Below, piece after piece: positions 1-10,169 of a stretch of DNA of 64,000 bases. Each line of letters begins with the position of its first letter. Position 1 is the first letter of the stretch. The notes under the pieces were generated by a model that worked only from the letters and a program-made list of their open reading frames with translations, was not told the DNA's origin and did not search any database. This stretch comes from an uncultured bacterium. Lineage in GTDB: Bacteria > Armatimonadota > Abditibacteriia > Abditibacteriales > Abditibacteriaceae. The position numbers and the translations under genes were made by a program. Location: assembly GCA_963843795.1 (NCBI GenBank), contig CAWJLW010000006.1:3236375-3300374 (forward strand), read 5' to 3'.

Positions 1-1845
1 ACGCGTGACGGGCTTTTGGTCGTTGGCTTCAGCGACGAAACGCGCCAACGTAGCATCGGCAAAGCTCATCGGCATTTGGCCACGCGAACGCAGCCAGATT
101 CCAACAAACGGCGCTTTCTTCGCCTGACGCACGACGGTTAAATCGAGCATCTTCTTGAAATCTTCAAAGGTATCGGGATCGGTCAAATCGGCGTTGGACG
201 CTTCGATCCATTCGATATGGGTATAAGCATCGTCGCGCGTTAAGGGTTTGGCGCGCCGCTCGTTGCCCAAACCTTTGTAGCCTTTGCTGCCCGAATATTC
301 GTAATACGGCAGCACACCAAAACCTTCTTGTCCCATCAATTCGACGATTTGGCCCCACAAATCTTTGGTATCGCCATCGAAGAACGCCCAATCGTTGCCA
401 CCCAACGCTGAAGTATCCCAATGTTGCACAGCACCGAATTCGAGCAAATCTTTGGCGTAAGTATTCATGCCCAGAAAGTGCATCTGCCGTGCTTTGTAGC
501 GGTACCAATCGAGCCGATTATCCACACCGCGCTCTGTGGCTTTGCTACTTTGGATCACCCCATCGGACATTTCTTCGCGCCAGAACAAATGGCGCTGCGG
601 CAAACCTTGCGGCAAATTCACCGGCGCGTTCAAATCTTGCGGTTCCAACACTTCAAACAAACGAATGCGCGCGACCGCTGCGCCCTGTGAAGCGGGAATG
701 TTATCGGCAGAGAACTGCGCGATAGTGACAGGAAAGCCATCTTCGGGTGCCAGCGCACGCTCGCCCGCGCCGCGAATGAAAGCGAGCTGTGGAAAACGGT
801 CGTGGAGCGAAAACAGCATCTTCCAGTTTTCGTACTTTCCGCTGAGAGGCAAATTGAGCGACTCATTGAAATTATCGACATATTTGGGATGCAGCGCATC
901 GCCCAGAGCGCGACCAGTCGCGAAGCCGCGCGAGGTTTCATTCCCACCATTCATCACGATCACGCTGCGCGAAGCGTCTTCGGGATATTCGATGTTCAGC
1001 ACATATTGTGCGCCCGGCTTAAGCAGTTTGTATTGTCCCAAACGCACCGTAAAATACGCGCTTTCTCCTTCAGTTTTGTTCAATACGCGCGCTTTGCGAC
1101 CCAGAATGGTTTCAACGCGGCTCGCGTTTTCCGGGCTTTGTGCGAATTTATGTCCGGGATTGTCCGCGCCCAGATCAACTTCATCGACAAGGGATAATTT
1201 GCCAAACGGTGCCATTTCGATAACGGGTCGCTGCGCCACTTCATCCTGCGCCCGTTTCAATTGTGCGGCGCGCTCGACTACTTCGCGCGCCGCAAGTACT
1301 TGCTGCGCCTGATAAGCGTTCCAACTCGCATCCGAAAACGCATCGAGCGCTAATTCGCCCGCATTGGCTCCGGCAGTTTTCAATTCGACGCGCAGATAGC
1401 GCGTTTTGGTGTTCAAGGGAATTTGCGCCCAACTGTTGTAGGCTTTGCCATCATAAGTGGCGATTTGTTTCCAATCGCCCGCTTTGCCCGCGTAAAAAAC
1501 CGTGTCGCCTTCGGCGTTGGTGTCATAGAGCCAGGCCGTTGCCAACGGCATTTCGCGCCCCAGATCAATGATGACCGCCGCCGGAAATTCTTTCTGAGTT
1601 TGCCAATCGGCTTTCCAACCATTTTGCGGCTGAGCTTTGGGCGATGTGCCAGATGGCTCGACGATTAAATTTTGCTCATCCGCCAGCCCCGAAAAATCGA
1701 CTTTCGCGTTTTCGCTTTGCAGCATCGCGGGCGTCAACGGAATGCGCACAGTTTGCGGTGCGGCAGTTTGCGCATGGCTGAGATTTGTTGACAGGATACT
1801 GGCCGCGCTCAGAAATAAAGTGCACAGAAACGATGATGGGTTCAT
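1..1845 (-). CDS. Large secreted protein, 3'-truncated by the window edge (>=615 aa); possible carbohydrate-active enzyme
   Basis: Absent from the ORF track because there is no stop in the window. Manual translation from ATG at 1845 is open to base 1: MNPSSFLCTLFLSAASILSTNLSHAQTAAP... It has a signal-peptide-like N-terminus and an aromatic-rich C-terminal region (FLGMNTYAKDLLEFG...LPYYEY). Function is inferred. Confidence 0.75.
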   Translation of the reverse strand, partial: MNPSSFLCTLFLSAASILSTNLSHAQTAAPQTVRIPLTPAMLQSENAKVDFSGLADEQNLIVEPSGTSPKAQPQNGWKADWQTQKEFPAAVIIDLGREMPLATAWLYDTNAEGDTVFYAGKAGDWKQIATYDGKAYNSWAQIPLNTKTRYLRVELKTAGANAGELALDAFSDASWNAYQAQQVLAAREVVERAAQLKRAQDEVAQRPVIEMAPFGKLSLVDEVDLGADNPGHKFAQSPENASRVETILGRKARVLNKTEGESAYFTVRLGQYKLLKPGAQYVLNIEYPEDASRSVIVMNGGNETSRGFATGRALGDALHPKYVDNFNESLNLPLSGKYENWKMLFSLHDRFPQLAFIRGAGERALAPEDGFPVTIAQFSADNIPASQGAAVARIRLFEVLEPQDLNAPVNLPQGLPQRHLFWREEMSDGVIQSSKATERGVDNRLDWYRYKARQMHFLGMNTYAKDLLEFGAVQHWDTSALGGNDWAFFDGDTKDLWGQIVELMGQEGFGVLPYYEYSGSKGYKGLGNERRAKPLTRDDAYTHIEWIEASNADLTDPDTFEDFKKMLDLTVVRQAKKAPFVGIWLRSRGQMPMSFADATLARFVAEANDQKPVTR

Positions 1846-2012
1846 AGAAATTTTTCGATTTTCAGCAGGTTTTGACGCTGCAAGTACTTGCAGAAGAATT
1901 TAGGAAGTGGCAATGAAGACAATTGTATAGAAATGATGTTGCGTGTCGCGGCAAGTACTTGGCCACAACCAAAAACCGGAACATCTGCGTTCAATCAGAG
2001 GTCTGGCTGTTC

Positions 2013-2525
2013 ATGTCTCTAATCCGCACACCACGCACGAAGTCGGTCTTTATTCTCGGCGCATTCCTCATGGCAACTGCGACAATAGCCATCGCGGGCC
2101 AAAAAACTGCACCCGAAGTGGCAGGGCAAAAAGCAATTTTGGGACAGCCTTTTCAGATTGCCGCCCACAAGAGTGTCCTGATTTCCTCAGAAAAGTTGAA
2201 GATTACGTTCGAGCGCGTGGTCGAAGATTCGCGGTGTCCTCAAGGCGTCGATTGCATATGGGCCGGACAGGCGACAGTGACACTTCGCGTGGAAAAAACT
2301 GGCGGCAAAGTCGGAAAAGCTGAATCCGTGAACCTCACAATCCAGGGCAGCCGTTATCCCACGGAAAATTCGGTTCGCAAGGTCGGGAAATATTGGATCA
2401 AACTGGTCGAGGTCGCACCCGAAAAAGGGCCGCCGCAGTCGCCGGGCACTATCGAACGCATCACACTGCAGGTGCAAAAGAAGCCGATTGCAACACCCAA
2501 AAATACAAAACCAGCAGAAAAGTAG
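2013..2525 (+). CDS. Secreted hypothetical protein with DSRCPxGVxCIWAG motif
   Basis: Hydrophobic signal after MSLIRTPR; the Cys-pair motif EDSRCPQGVDCIWAG is typical of a family of small exported proteins. Start moved from 1923 to the ATG at 2013. Confidence 0.7.
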   Translation: MSLIRTPRTKSVFILGAFLMATATIAIAGQKTAPEVAGQKAILGQPFQIAAHKSVLISSEKLKITFERVVEDSRCPQGVDCIWAGQATVTLRVEKTGGKVGKAESVNLTIQGSRYPTENSVRKVGKYWIKLVEVAPEKGPPQSPGTIERITLQVQKKPIATPKNTKPAEK

Positions 2526-2566
2526 AACAGCAACGTGGCATTATCAGGGTTTGATCGACACCCTTG

Positions 2567-3286
2567 TCAGCGACATCGTTTTTCCAAAACATCGGGTTGG
2601 CAAATCGTGATGTGACGTTCGCTATCTAAAGCGATGATTTTTCTACGGCGGAAGTCGTTGAGAATTTGATTGACGCGCACGCGCGAAGCACCGACGAGAT
2701 CGGACAGGTCGCTCTGCTTCAACCGCAAAGGCAGGAAAATCGGTGCGTTGGTTTGATCTTCGCTTTTATCGCGTTCGACCACGCCATACTCCGCGGCGAA
2801 CGAAAGCAATTGCGCGGCAACGCGGCCCGTGACATCGAGATGCGATAACAGTTGGACGTGCGAAGACAAAGTGCGCAAACGGCGCATCGTGCAGCGCACC
2901 AGATTGAGCGACATTTCGGGCATGGTGCGCAAACAACCCAAAAAAGCATCGCGCTCCATCACCCACAGCAGCGAATTTTCCAACGTAGCGACATTAGCCG
3001 AAATGGGCTCGCCATCGACAGCGCTAATCTCGCCCAGCAGTTCACCCGCACCGCAAACCGCTAAAATCGTATCCGAGCGATCACGGTTGGTGCAAAACAC
3101 TTTGACCGTGCCGCGCAGCACAATGGAAACCGCCGTTGCGGCCTTGCCCTGCCACAAAATCGTCGTGTTGATGGGAACATGGCGCACATGGCTTTGCAGC
3201 AAAATTTGCTGCCATTGCGAGGGCGTGAGATTTTGCAGCAACTTGTTATCGCGCAACAAAGCCGCGACCTGCGCTTTGTCCAACAA
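2567..3286 (-). CDS. Crp/Fnr family transcriptional regulator
   Basis: cNMP-binding fold (GELLGEISAVDG) and C-terminal HTH (LKQSDLSDLVGASRVRVNQIL). Confidence 0.92.
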   Translation of the reverse strand: MLDKAQVAALLRDNKLLQNLTPSQWQQILLQSHVRHVPINTTILWQGKAATAVSIVLRGTVKVFCTNRDRSDTILAVCGAGELLGEISAVDGEPISANVATLENSLLWVMERDAFLGCLRTMPEMSLNLVRCTMRRLRTLSSHVQLLSHLDVTGRVAAQLLSFAAEYGVVERDKSEDQTNAPIFLPLRLKQSDLSDLVGASRVRVNQILNDFRRRKIIALDSERHITICQPDVLEKRCR

Positions 3287-3397
3287 TTATCGAATGATTT
3301 GGTGCGACTTTTGGCTGACATGACAAGCACCTACCATGTGATATTTTCACGATCTCAAGCTGATCGTTATTTTAACACGCCGCAAGTACTTGCATTG

Positions 3398-5531
3398 TCA
3401 TTTTGGAAGCGGGGTGTTGGGAACGACGGGATTGGTGACAGTCGGATTAGGAGCGACTTGCAAACGACGTTTATCGTTACGGAATTTTTGTAAATCTTCT
3501 TGCAGGGCAGGCGATTGAATGCCATCGCGAACGATATCGGCCTCATCGCGCAGGACGCGCGGGGTGATGATGATGACGGTTTCGGTTTTAGTGTGGCGCG
3601 TGTTGGTTCCACGAAACAGCTTGCCGACCAAAGGCAAATCGCCCAAAACGGGAATTTTGCTCTGAGTTGTGGTATCGAAATCGTTCAACAAACCGCCGAT
3701 CACGATGCTTTCGCCATTTTTCACGCGCACATTGGTCGCGGCGCGGCGAAAAGTAATTTCGGGCAAGCCATTGACGCCGCGCCCCGTGACATCGCGCACT
3801 TCGGGTTCGACCAGAGCCACAACTTCATTACCATCATCTAAAATGCGCGGTGTGATGCGCAGCGAAATGCCGGAGCGAATCACTTCGAGCGTATTGTAAG
3901 CGAAGTTGGCCGAGCCGGTGACGATAGTGAAATAATTTTCGCGTCCGACTTCCATTTCTGCCGTTTGTCCATCGCCAGTCGCGATGCGCGGATTGGCGCG
4001 CAAACGTGCCGCGCCTTTTTGCACCAGCGCCGAAATTTGCACCAGTTCATCGTTGGCAATCGAAGAATAGGCGAAATTGCCGGTCGAACCGGTTGTCGTG
4101 CTGAACTGCAAAAAGCGCGTGGCGAAATTAAAGCCAATATCTTTCAAATCGTCTTGCGAAATCTCCAAAATCATCGCTTCGAGCATCACTTGTTCGCGCT
4201 GCTGATCCAAGATGCTCGATGTCGGCTTTGATGCGTTCGATGAGCGCGGGCGGCGCGGTGATAGCGATTTTATAAGTGGGCGCGGGCAAGCCAACATCCG
4301 CACTTGTCCCACTGTTGCGCGAGGCGGAACTGAGTGAGCCTCCCAAGCCGCCGCTGATACTACGTCGGCTGTTGAGATTGCTGGCCGAGCCACCGATTAC
4401 TGTGGGCACCGGTGTCGTTCCCTCGAATGATAAGTAGCGTCCATAAGGAAGGGACAACAATGACAGCACGACTTCGGGACGGACATTCTTAAGTTGCACG
4501 ATTTCAGTCCGCGAAAGTAGATAAAAGTTGGGGTTATTAGGGTCTGGCATACCCACCAAATAATAGCCGTCCATCTTTACAAAGGCAAAACCACCAGTCT
4601 GACTTACTATTGCCAGAGCACGCTCTAAAGGGACATCTTTGAGATCCAAACTCACGGTGCCTTGCACCGTGTTATCAGCAACAATAGTTACTCCAGTTTG
4701 ATCTGCGATATCAGACAGCGCTTGTTTGATGTCCGTCTCGGCAAAGATGTTAGTCACTAAAGGCTCTCCCTGCGCATTTTTGGAAATGCCAGGAGCAACA
4801 GGAGACTGAGCAGGAAGCGTAGGAGCAACAGCCGGAAGCGCAGGAACAACAGTGGGAGCCTGAGCAAGGAGCGCAGGAGCAACAGAGGGAGCCTGAGCCG
4901 GAAGCGCAGGAGCAATAGGAGCCTCGGCTATTTCTACTGGTGGAGATGGAACCGCTTGGGTGCTGCCTTCCAACTGCGATTGCTTAACCGCAACCTTTTC
5001 TCGCTCGGGCCTTTCTCCAAAGAGCTTGCGGTTGCCTAAAGCCCAGCGTGACTCCTGAGGCAACGACACCAACCGCATATACGAGTCCACTGGTTTAGTA
5101 GACAGCCTAGGCGCACTTACGCTGGGATGAAATTCGACACGCTGGACACTGGCGAGAGAAGCCTTCCGATTGCTGCGGCGGGGGGCTATAGGGGCAGCTA
5201 TTCTGGAAGTAACACCGAACCGTTGGTCCATAATACCAGACTTACCCGACACAACATCTGCAGGTGGCGTGCAAATAATACTACCATTCAAGATTCTATA
5301 GGTAAATCGAGTCAGTAGTTGTCCGGTTTCACTCTCAATGGTAATGGGAGACAGATGAGATGCATTCTTTCTTATTGTTGTTTTGGAAGCTGGCAACTTC
5401 GCGTTCGCCTTTAGATCATGATGGGTGCCCGTCACGGATTGGCGAGGCGTGATTTTATCTACTCCACTGAAAGCATGTGTGGGCAACAGTGGCGTAAATA
5501 ACCCAAAACAGATTAGGCTGGACAAAAACAT
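3398..5531 (-). CDS. Secretin (GspD/PilQ-like outer-membrane channel), split by one frameshift near 4205-4215
   Basis: ORF 4128-5732 holds STN/N0-like domains (FAETDIKQALSDIADQTGVTIVADNTVQGTVSL). ORF 3398-4393 holds the secretin domain (QVMLEAMILE, ANPRI, GESIVIGGL, KIPVLGDLPLVGKLF). The start at 5531 was chosen for its signal-like segment and is uncertain. Confidence 0.85.
4790..4925 (-). repeat. Imperfect tandem repeat encoding a Pro/Ala-rich linker in the secretin
   Basis: Translates as APALPAQAPSVAPALLAQAPTVVPALPAVAPTLPAQSPVAP, with ~33-bp units such as ggagcctgagc..gagcgcaggagcaacag. Confidence 0.75.
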
Positions 5532-5779
5532 CGGCGTGGGGGAAGTTAGGCAAACAAAATGGAAAGGGCCTTCTGATGATGCAGCATCGAATTGCATTGA
5601 TTCTCGCTCCTGCGAATATTGAGAGTTAAACGTGCGAAGTATCATACCACTTCTATTTGTAGCCTTGCTTTTACGACACATCCATACAACAGCATTGACA
5701 TTCCTAACTCTTTTTGCGACCGACATGAACACTATGCGAAGACAGCGCTGTCTTTCACTTTTACAAGAGGGAGCAGGAA

Positions 5780-7435
5780 TTAGGGCTTTGCTTTCTGAGA
5801 TGTCTTATCTGCTGGCTGCGTGACTTTAGGCATGGGGGCTGTGGGTTGGTCGGACTTCACCTTGGATTCATCTGTTTTAGATTCATCTACTTTGATCGGC
5901 ACCCGTAATTTTGCGTAAAGGTCTTCGCCATATTGATAGCTGATCTCTACTATATATTCGCCCGGCTCCAAGTCGGGTGGCAGCATTGTCAGGTTCTGCA
6001 ATTCCACACCGGGCAGGATGCCGCCACTTCCCTCAACGGGAACGGTAAGGCGAGACACCAGTTTGATACCGTCCTCAAGCACTGCGGCGCTGGGCACGAG
6101 TTGCAACGCTTGATTACCAGAATTACGAACAACAAAGCGGACACCTAACGGGCGTCCTCCGACAATATCAACGGTTCCGTTCACGACTTCAAGCATAGGC
6201 TTTGCAGTACCCGCCACGGATACGCTGCCGTTGATGGTTTCGGGGAGAGCGTTGGGGTTGCCGCGCTCAGTGACAGCCAAACCAAACCACAAATCGCCCT
6301 GCGCCTCTCGGTCGGCCTTGAGGGAAACACGAGCACTGCCGGTAGATTTAGGCCGTATCGTTAATGAGGCAGGTGTCACTGTCACGCTCAGTCCAGAAGG
6401 CAAGGTTTCACTTCCCAAACCCAAAACTCCTGAACTTGTCTGCTCCAACGATCTGGCAGCGAGGTCAACCGTAATGTCTCGATCGGAGAGATTACTGATG
6501 CGCAGCGACTGCGAGCGCAGGCTACCCGCAGGAATGATGAGCGAAATGCTGGAAGGCTCGAAGGTTAACGGAGGCAGTTCCAAAATCGTGGCAGCAGTTT
6601 CGGGTTTAGGTTCGCCTTTCACGATCACATAACGCGATACGACCGCAGGCAATAAGCGACTTCCAACCTGCGCTCGGAATTCAAGCGCGTAGTTGCCGTC
6701 CGGAATGGGCGGCATTCTGAACTGGAGGTAGCGCTTCGTTTCAGGAAACAAATTCGTTTTATCCAATTCAATAGTTTTGACTACAGTTCCGCTCACCACA
6801 TTCCTCAACTTGCTGCTAACTCCAAATATGGCATAACCGGCGCCATCGTTTTGAACGGGAAATTTGAGCAGGAAAGGCGAATCGGCCCCTTTGCCCTGCT
6901 TTTCCATCACAGGCGAAGAGATTTTGAGGAGAGGGCGCGCAGCACGACCGATAGTAAAGAGCACAGGAACATCAATGATGACGTTAGCAGTGGATCGGGA
7001 ACCAACGGGCTTGGCGTTGCATTGGATGATGCACCAGTAGCTGCCAGAGGTTCGCGGTGGCACAGAAAACTTCAGGCTCTGCATTTTCTTAGTGCCGGGC
7101 GCAAGAGTGATGCTCAAATCGCGCTCCGTGAACCAGGCAGAAGCATCACGAGGATGCTGCACATCATACTGAGGCCGGTAAGTCCAATCCTCAGGTAGAG
7201 ATGAGCGTACAGTCAAGCGCGTACTGGAAGCAACCAGAGAGGGATTCGCCACGGTGAGGCTGAGTGTTCCCTTCCGGCCTGCCGCCGATTGGAGATGGTA
7301 GTTAGTCGGCGAAATCAGCACTCCTCCTACGCCATTGTTTTCTGGCTGTGCCCATCCGCTTTGACAAAGGAGAAGGGCGAGATGCATACAAAAGAAAAAG
7401 AGGTAACGCGTTTTAACGTGCCGAAAAGCCATCAT
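5780..7435 (-). CDS. Secreted multi-Ig-fold protein resembling fimbrial chaperone (PapD-like) / WxL-partner proteins
   Basis: Signal peptide (ALLLCQSGWA). Two repeated halves, each with ISP/FEP..I.L...G....L.(V/I)xN, then a W(F/L)/L.VTP..(I/L)T(L/I).P element, and a VxNxG...(L/I).P...L Ig domain. Family assignment is by motif resemblance only. Confidence 0.55.
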   Translation of the reverse strand: MMAFRHVKTRYLFFFCMHLALLLCQSGWAQPENNGVGGVLISPTNYHLQSAAGRKGTLSLTVANPSLVASSTRLTVRSSLPEDWTYRPQYDVQHPRDASAWFTERDLSITLAPGTKKMQSLKFSVPPRTSGSYWCIIQCNAKPVGSRSTANVIIDVPVLFTIGRAARPLLKISSPVMEKQGKGADSPFLLKFPVQNDGAGYAIFGVSSKLRNVVSGTVVKTIELDKTNLFPETKRYLQFRMPPIPDGNYALEFRAQVGSRLLPAVVSRYVIVKGEPKPETAATILELPPLTFEPSSISLIIPAGSLRSQSLRISNLSDRDITVDLAARSLEQTSSGVLGLGSETLPSGLSVTVTPASLTIRPKSTGSARVSLKADREAQGDLWFGLAVTERGNPNALPETINGSVSVAGTAKPMLEVVNGTVDIVGGRPLGVRFVVRNSGNQALQLVPSAAVLEDGIKLVSRLTVPVEGSGGILPGVELQNLTMLPPDLEPGEYIVEISYQYGEDLYAKLRVPIKVDESKTDESKVKSDQPTAPMPKVTQPADKTSQKAKP

Positions 7436-7472
7436 GAACATTCAATCCTATCCTGTAAAGGGCTTGACGACA

Positions 7473-7504
7473 AAACGAACCCGGCATTTCTACCGGGTTC
7501 GTTT
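7473..7504 (-). terminator. Stem-loop between the pilin-like gene and the chaperone-like gene
   Basis: aaacgaacccgg-8 nt-ccgggttcgttt, with a short U-run on the minus strand. Confidence 0.65.
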
Positions 7505-7544
7505 CATCTACCCACTGTTTATCCTATTTAGGACGCAAGTTGTC

Positions 7545-8162
7545 TTAGTTCGAGGTGAAGGTAATTGTGGGACTAACGGTGTAGGTGCCTGCCGGAGAGC
7601 TGGTGGGAGCCGTCAACGTCTGTGCAAGCGTGTACTTCACATAGCCCTTCGTGGCCGACTGTGGATTTGAATCGTTAGCGAACGTCGTGTTCAAGTCCGA
7701 CGCGAGCATCTTGGATTGGCTGCCGCTCCCGACGCCGCCAGGAGCTGTTTCATAACTTTCCGTAACCTGCATCACCAACTCGTCGCCAGCACCGTTCGTG
7801 GGATTGCCAAAACCGCTCCAATGCCCAGTGAAATCAGCGTTGTGGTAAATTTCGAGTTCCGAAATTTTATCTGTGCTCTCGTTAGCGTCCCAGCCGTTGA
7901 GGGTCCAGGAGCCGCCCAGGCTGCCCTGGACGTAGAAGTAAGGCTGCACATCAACCGTGGTGGTCTGGCCGATAGTGATCGAGTCGCCACTCACAAAGTT
8001 GGTGCTTTCATGGGCGGCGTCGGGGCCATCAATGGCATCGGGGGTGAAGGCAAAGGTGCGCTGGCCATTGGGTCCAGGGGACGGATTGGTGGGGGCTGCG
8101 TGGGCGGCGCCAGCAATGGCAATTACCGAGGCGGCGGCGAGCAGAGTTTGAAAGTTCTTCAT
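7545..8162 (-). CDS. Small secreted pilin/fimbrial-subunit-like protein
   Basis: Signal peptide ending AHA; 205 aa, Ser/Thr/Gly-rich; the C-terminal PAGTYTVSPTITFTSN resembles the AGxY...(I/V)T(F/L) ending of Csu/CS1/WxL-type subunits. Confidence 0.55.
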   Translation of the reverse strand: MKNFQTLLAAASVIAIAGAAHAAPTNPSPGPNGQRTFAFTPDAIDGPDAAHESTNFVSGDSITIGQTTTVDVQPYFYVQGSLGGSWTLNGWDANESTDKISELEIYHNADFTGHWSGFGNPTNGAGDELVMQVTESYETAPGGVGSGSQSKMLASDLNTTFANDSNPQSATKGYVKYTLAQTLTAPTSSPAGTYTVSPTITFTSN

Positions 8163-8669
8163 AACGTTTTCCTATCAGCAAAAATAATTAAGGCCGGCTG
8201 ATTCGGCTTATTGGTTGGCGGTAACGCTGGTAAATTTTGCTCATCCCGCTCTTTCGAGCTTGGTTTTTGGAAGAGCGGGTTGCGTCGCCGATGGTTCTAA
8301 ATTCTCCTGTGTCCGTTAGGGACAAAAATAAATAGTTGCCGGGAGCACACTGGAATTTTTATTTTTTGGTTGGCGGCTCGTTCGGCACTTGCAATAGAAA
8401 TTATGCAACACGCCAAAATTTCGCTCTTCGTTGAATTCGCCCAATTTTTCGCGCACAATCCGACAGGTTTTTCGAATGCGCAAACTGTTAAAAACGACAC
8501 CCCCCAGCTCGACAATTAGGCCATACCTTTGAAATTGACATTTAACAACTCATTGGGCCTTATGACGCTTTTTTCTGGTCGAATTCAGTCCTGCAAGTAC
8601 TTGCAGGGCACAAAAACACAAACCGCCGAATCCATTTGGATTCGGCGGTTAAAACAGTGGGCAGAAAAT

Positions 8670-9056
8670 TTAAGCGTTTGAAGACAAAGTGCCTTTTTTC
8701 TGTGCCACGACGCTTTCGATAGTATCGAATAACTGTTGCGGCTCGTCGCCTTTAATGACCACGCCATCGGCGCCGTGTTCACGGGCCAGACGATGAGTTT
8801 CGGCGTCTTCGGCACCGGTCAACACGACGATGCTGCCCTCAAAGGCGGCTCTTAGATGCGGCAAACATTCGATAACGCTGCCATCGGACAACATCAAATC
8901 GAGCAGCAAAACATCGGGATGCTCGCTCTGGGTCAGCCGCAGGGCTTCGACACAATTGTCGGCTTCACCCACCACACACCATTGCTCCTGGCGCTCGCAG
9001 AGCAAACGCAAACCCTCCCGTAACATTTGATGATCTTCGACAATTAATATGCGCAT
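8670..9056 (-). CDS. Stand-alone response regulator receiver protein (NarL-type REC)
   Basis: ILIVEDH...PDVLLLDLML...VVLT...GADGVVIK; no output domain. Confidence 0.85.
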   Translation of the reverse strand: MRILIVEDHQMLREGLRLLCERQEQWCVVGEADNCVEALRLTQSEHPDVLLLDLMLSDGSVIECLPHLRAAFEGSIVVLTGAEDAETHRLAREHGADGVVIKGDEPQQLFDTIESVVAQKKGTLSSNA

Positions 9057-9225
9057 TTCCCTCACCTGCGCCAATAAAAGACGCTTTGCATATGAGATTA
9101 ACCGGTGACGTTAGACCTGTCATAGGAGCAAGCGCCAATTTTCTCAGCGATTTTCGCGGATAAAGCGCCTATCAAGACCGGCTCAATTGAGCCATCGCCT
9201 TGCGCCAGAAAGCCTCATGCCTTTG

Positions 9226-9981
9226 TCAATCTAACATGCAAATTTTGTGGCGAAAAGCGTAGATAACCAATTCCAAGCGGTCGGTAACTTCCAATTTATT
9301 AAAAATTGAGGTTAAATGGTGGCGCACGGTGGTTTCGCTGATGAAAAGTCGGTCGGCAATCTGCTTATTTTTCATACCGCACCCGATAAGTTCGATAACT
9401 TCGCGTTCGCGCGGCGACAAAGTGGCGATTTTAGCGATCTCGGGGTCGGGCTTGTGGCGCGAGGTATTCATATCTGCGATCACATCAGCCATTAAATTGC
9501 GATCGATCCACATTTCACCCTGATGAACACGCTCAATGGCTTTGAACAGCACATCGAAAGCCTGATCTTTCAATACCAACCCTTGTGCGCCCAGCGAAAT
9601 GGCGCGGCGATGCATCAAAACGTCGTGCCAGCCCGTTAAAATGATGATGCGTGCCTGAGGCGCGGCCTGTTGTAAAAGTGGCAGCAAATCGATACCAGTT
9701 TCATTTTTCAACAACAAATCGAGCAGAATAATATCCGCAGTTTCTTTTTGCAACCATTGCAATGCTTCCTGCCCGGTCGACGCTTCGCCAGCCACACGCA
9801 TATGAGGATATCGTTCTAACAGCCCACATAAGCTCCGGCGTACCATCGCGTGATCGTCCACCATTAGAAGGCGAATCGGTGCTGCACTCGCCCCCTCCTC
9901 GCCCAATGCCACGACGCTTGCGGCAGTCGCACCCACGAATTTTTTGTCCATAGTCGAACCGTATGATCGCATAATGCTCAC
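9226..9981 (-). CDS. NarL/LuxR-family DNA-binding response regulator
   Basis: REC domain plus LuxR HTH (LSPREREVIELIGCGMKNKQIADRLFISETTVRHHL). True start uncertain. Confidence 0.93.
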   Translation of the reverse strand: MSIMRSYGSTMDKKFVGATAASVVALGEEGASAAPIRLLMVDDHAMVRRSLCGLLERYPHMRVAGEASTGQEALQWLQKETADIILLDLLLKNETGIDLLPLLQQAAPQARIIILTGWHDVLMHRRAISLGAQGLVLKDQAFDVLFKAIERVHQGEMWIDRNLMADVIADMNTSRHKPDPEIAKIATLSPREREVIELIGCGMKNKQIADRLFISETTVRHHLTSIFNKLEVTDRLELVIYAFRHKICMLD

Positions 9982-10119
9982 ACTTATTCCTCGATGCCGA
10001 TCTTAACTACTCATTTTTGTAGTCAATCCAAACCTCTTCCCTATTATAAGGCCATCTCCACTTTTTAAATGTAAAGGATTTTACAAGCCTGTTTTTAACA
10101 AGAGTGGTTTTCACCATGC

Positions 10120-10155
10120 AAAAAGCCTTCTGCAAGTACTTGCAGAAGGCTTTTT
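10120..10155. terminator. 36-bp perfect palindrome centred on GCAAGTACTTGC; terminator-like after uvrA
   Basis: aaaaagccttctgcaagt|acttgcagaaggcttttt, 14 bp past the uvrA stop. Confidence 0.75.
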
Positions 10156-10169
10156 AGGGTCTGGCTCGT

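Noticed and set aside
164..1903. Numerous short ORFs listed in the track over 164-1903
   Set aside because: They are shadows of the single long minus-strand ORF 1-1845 that runs off the window.
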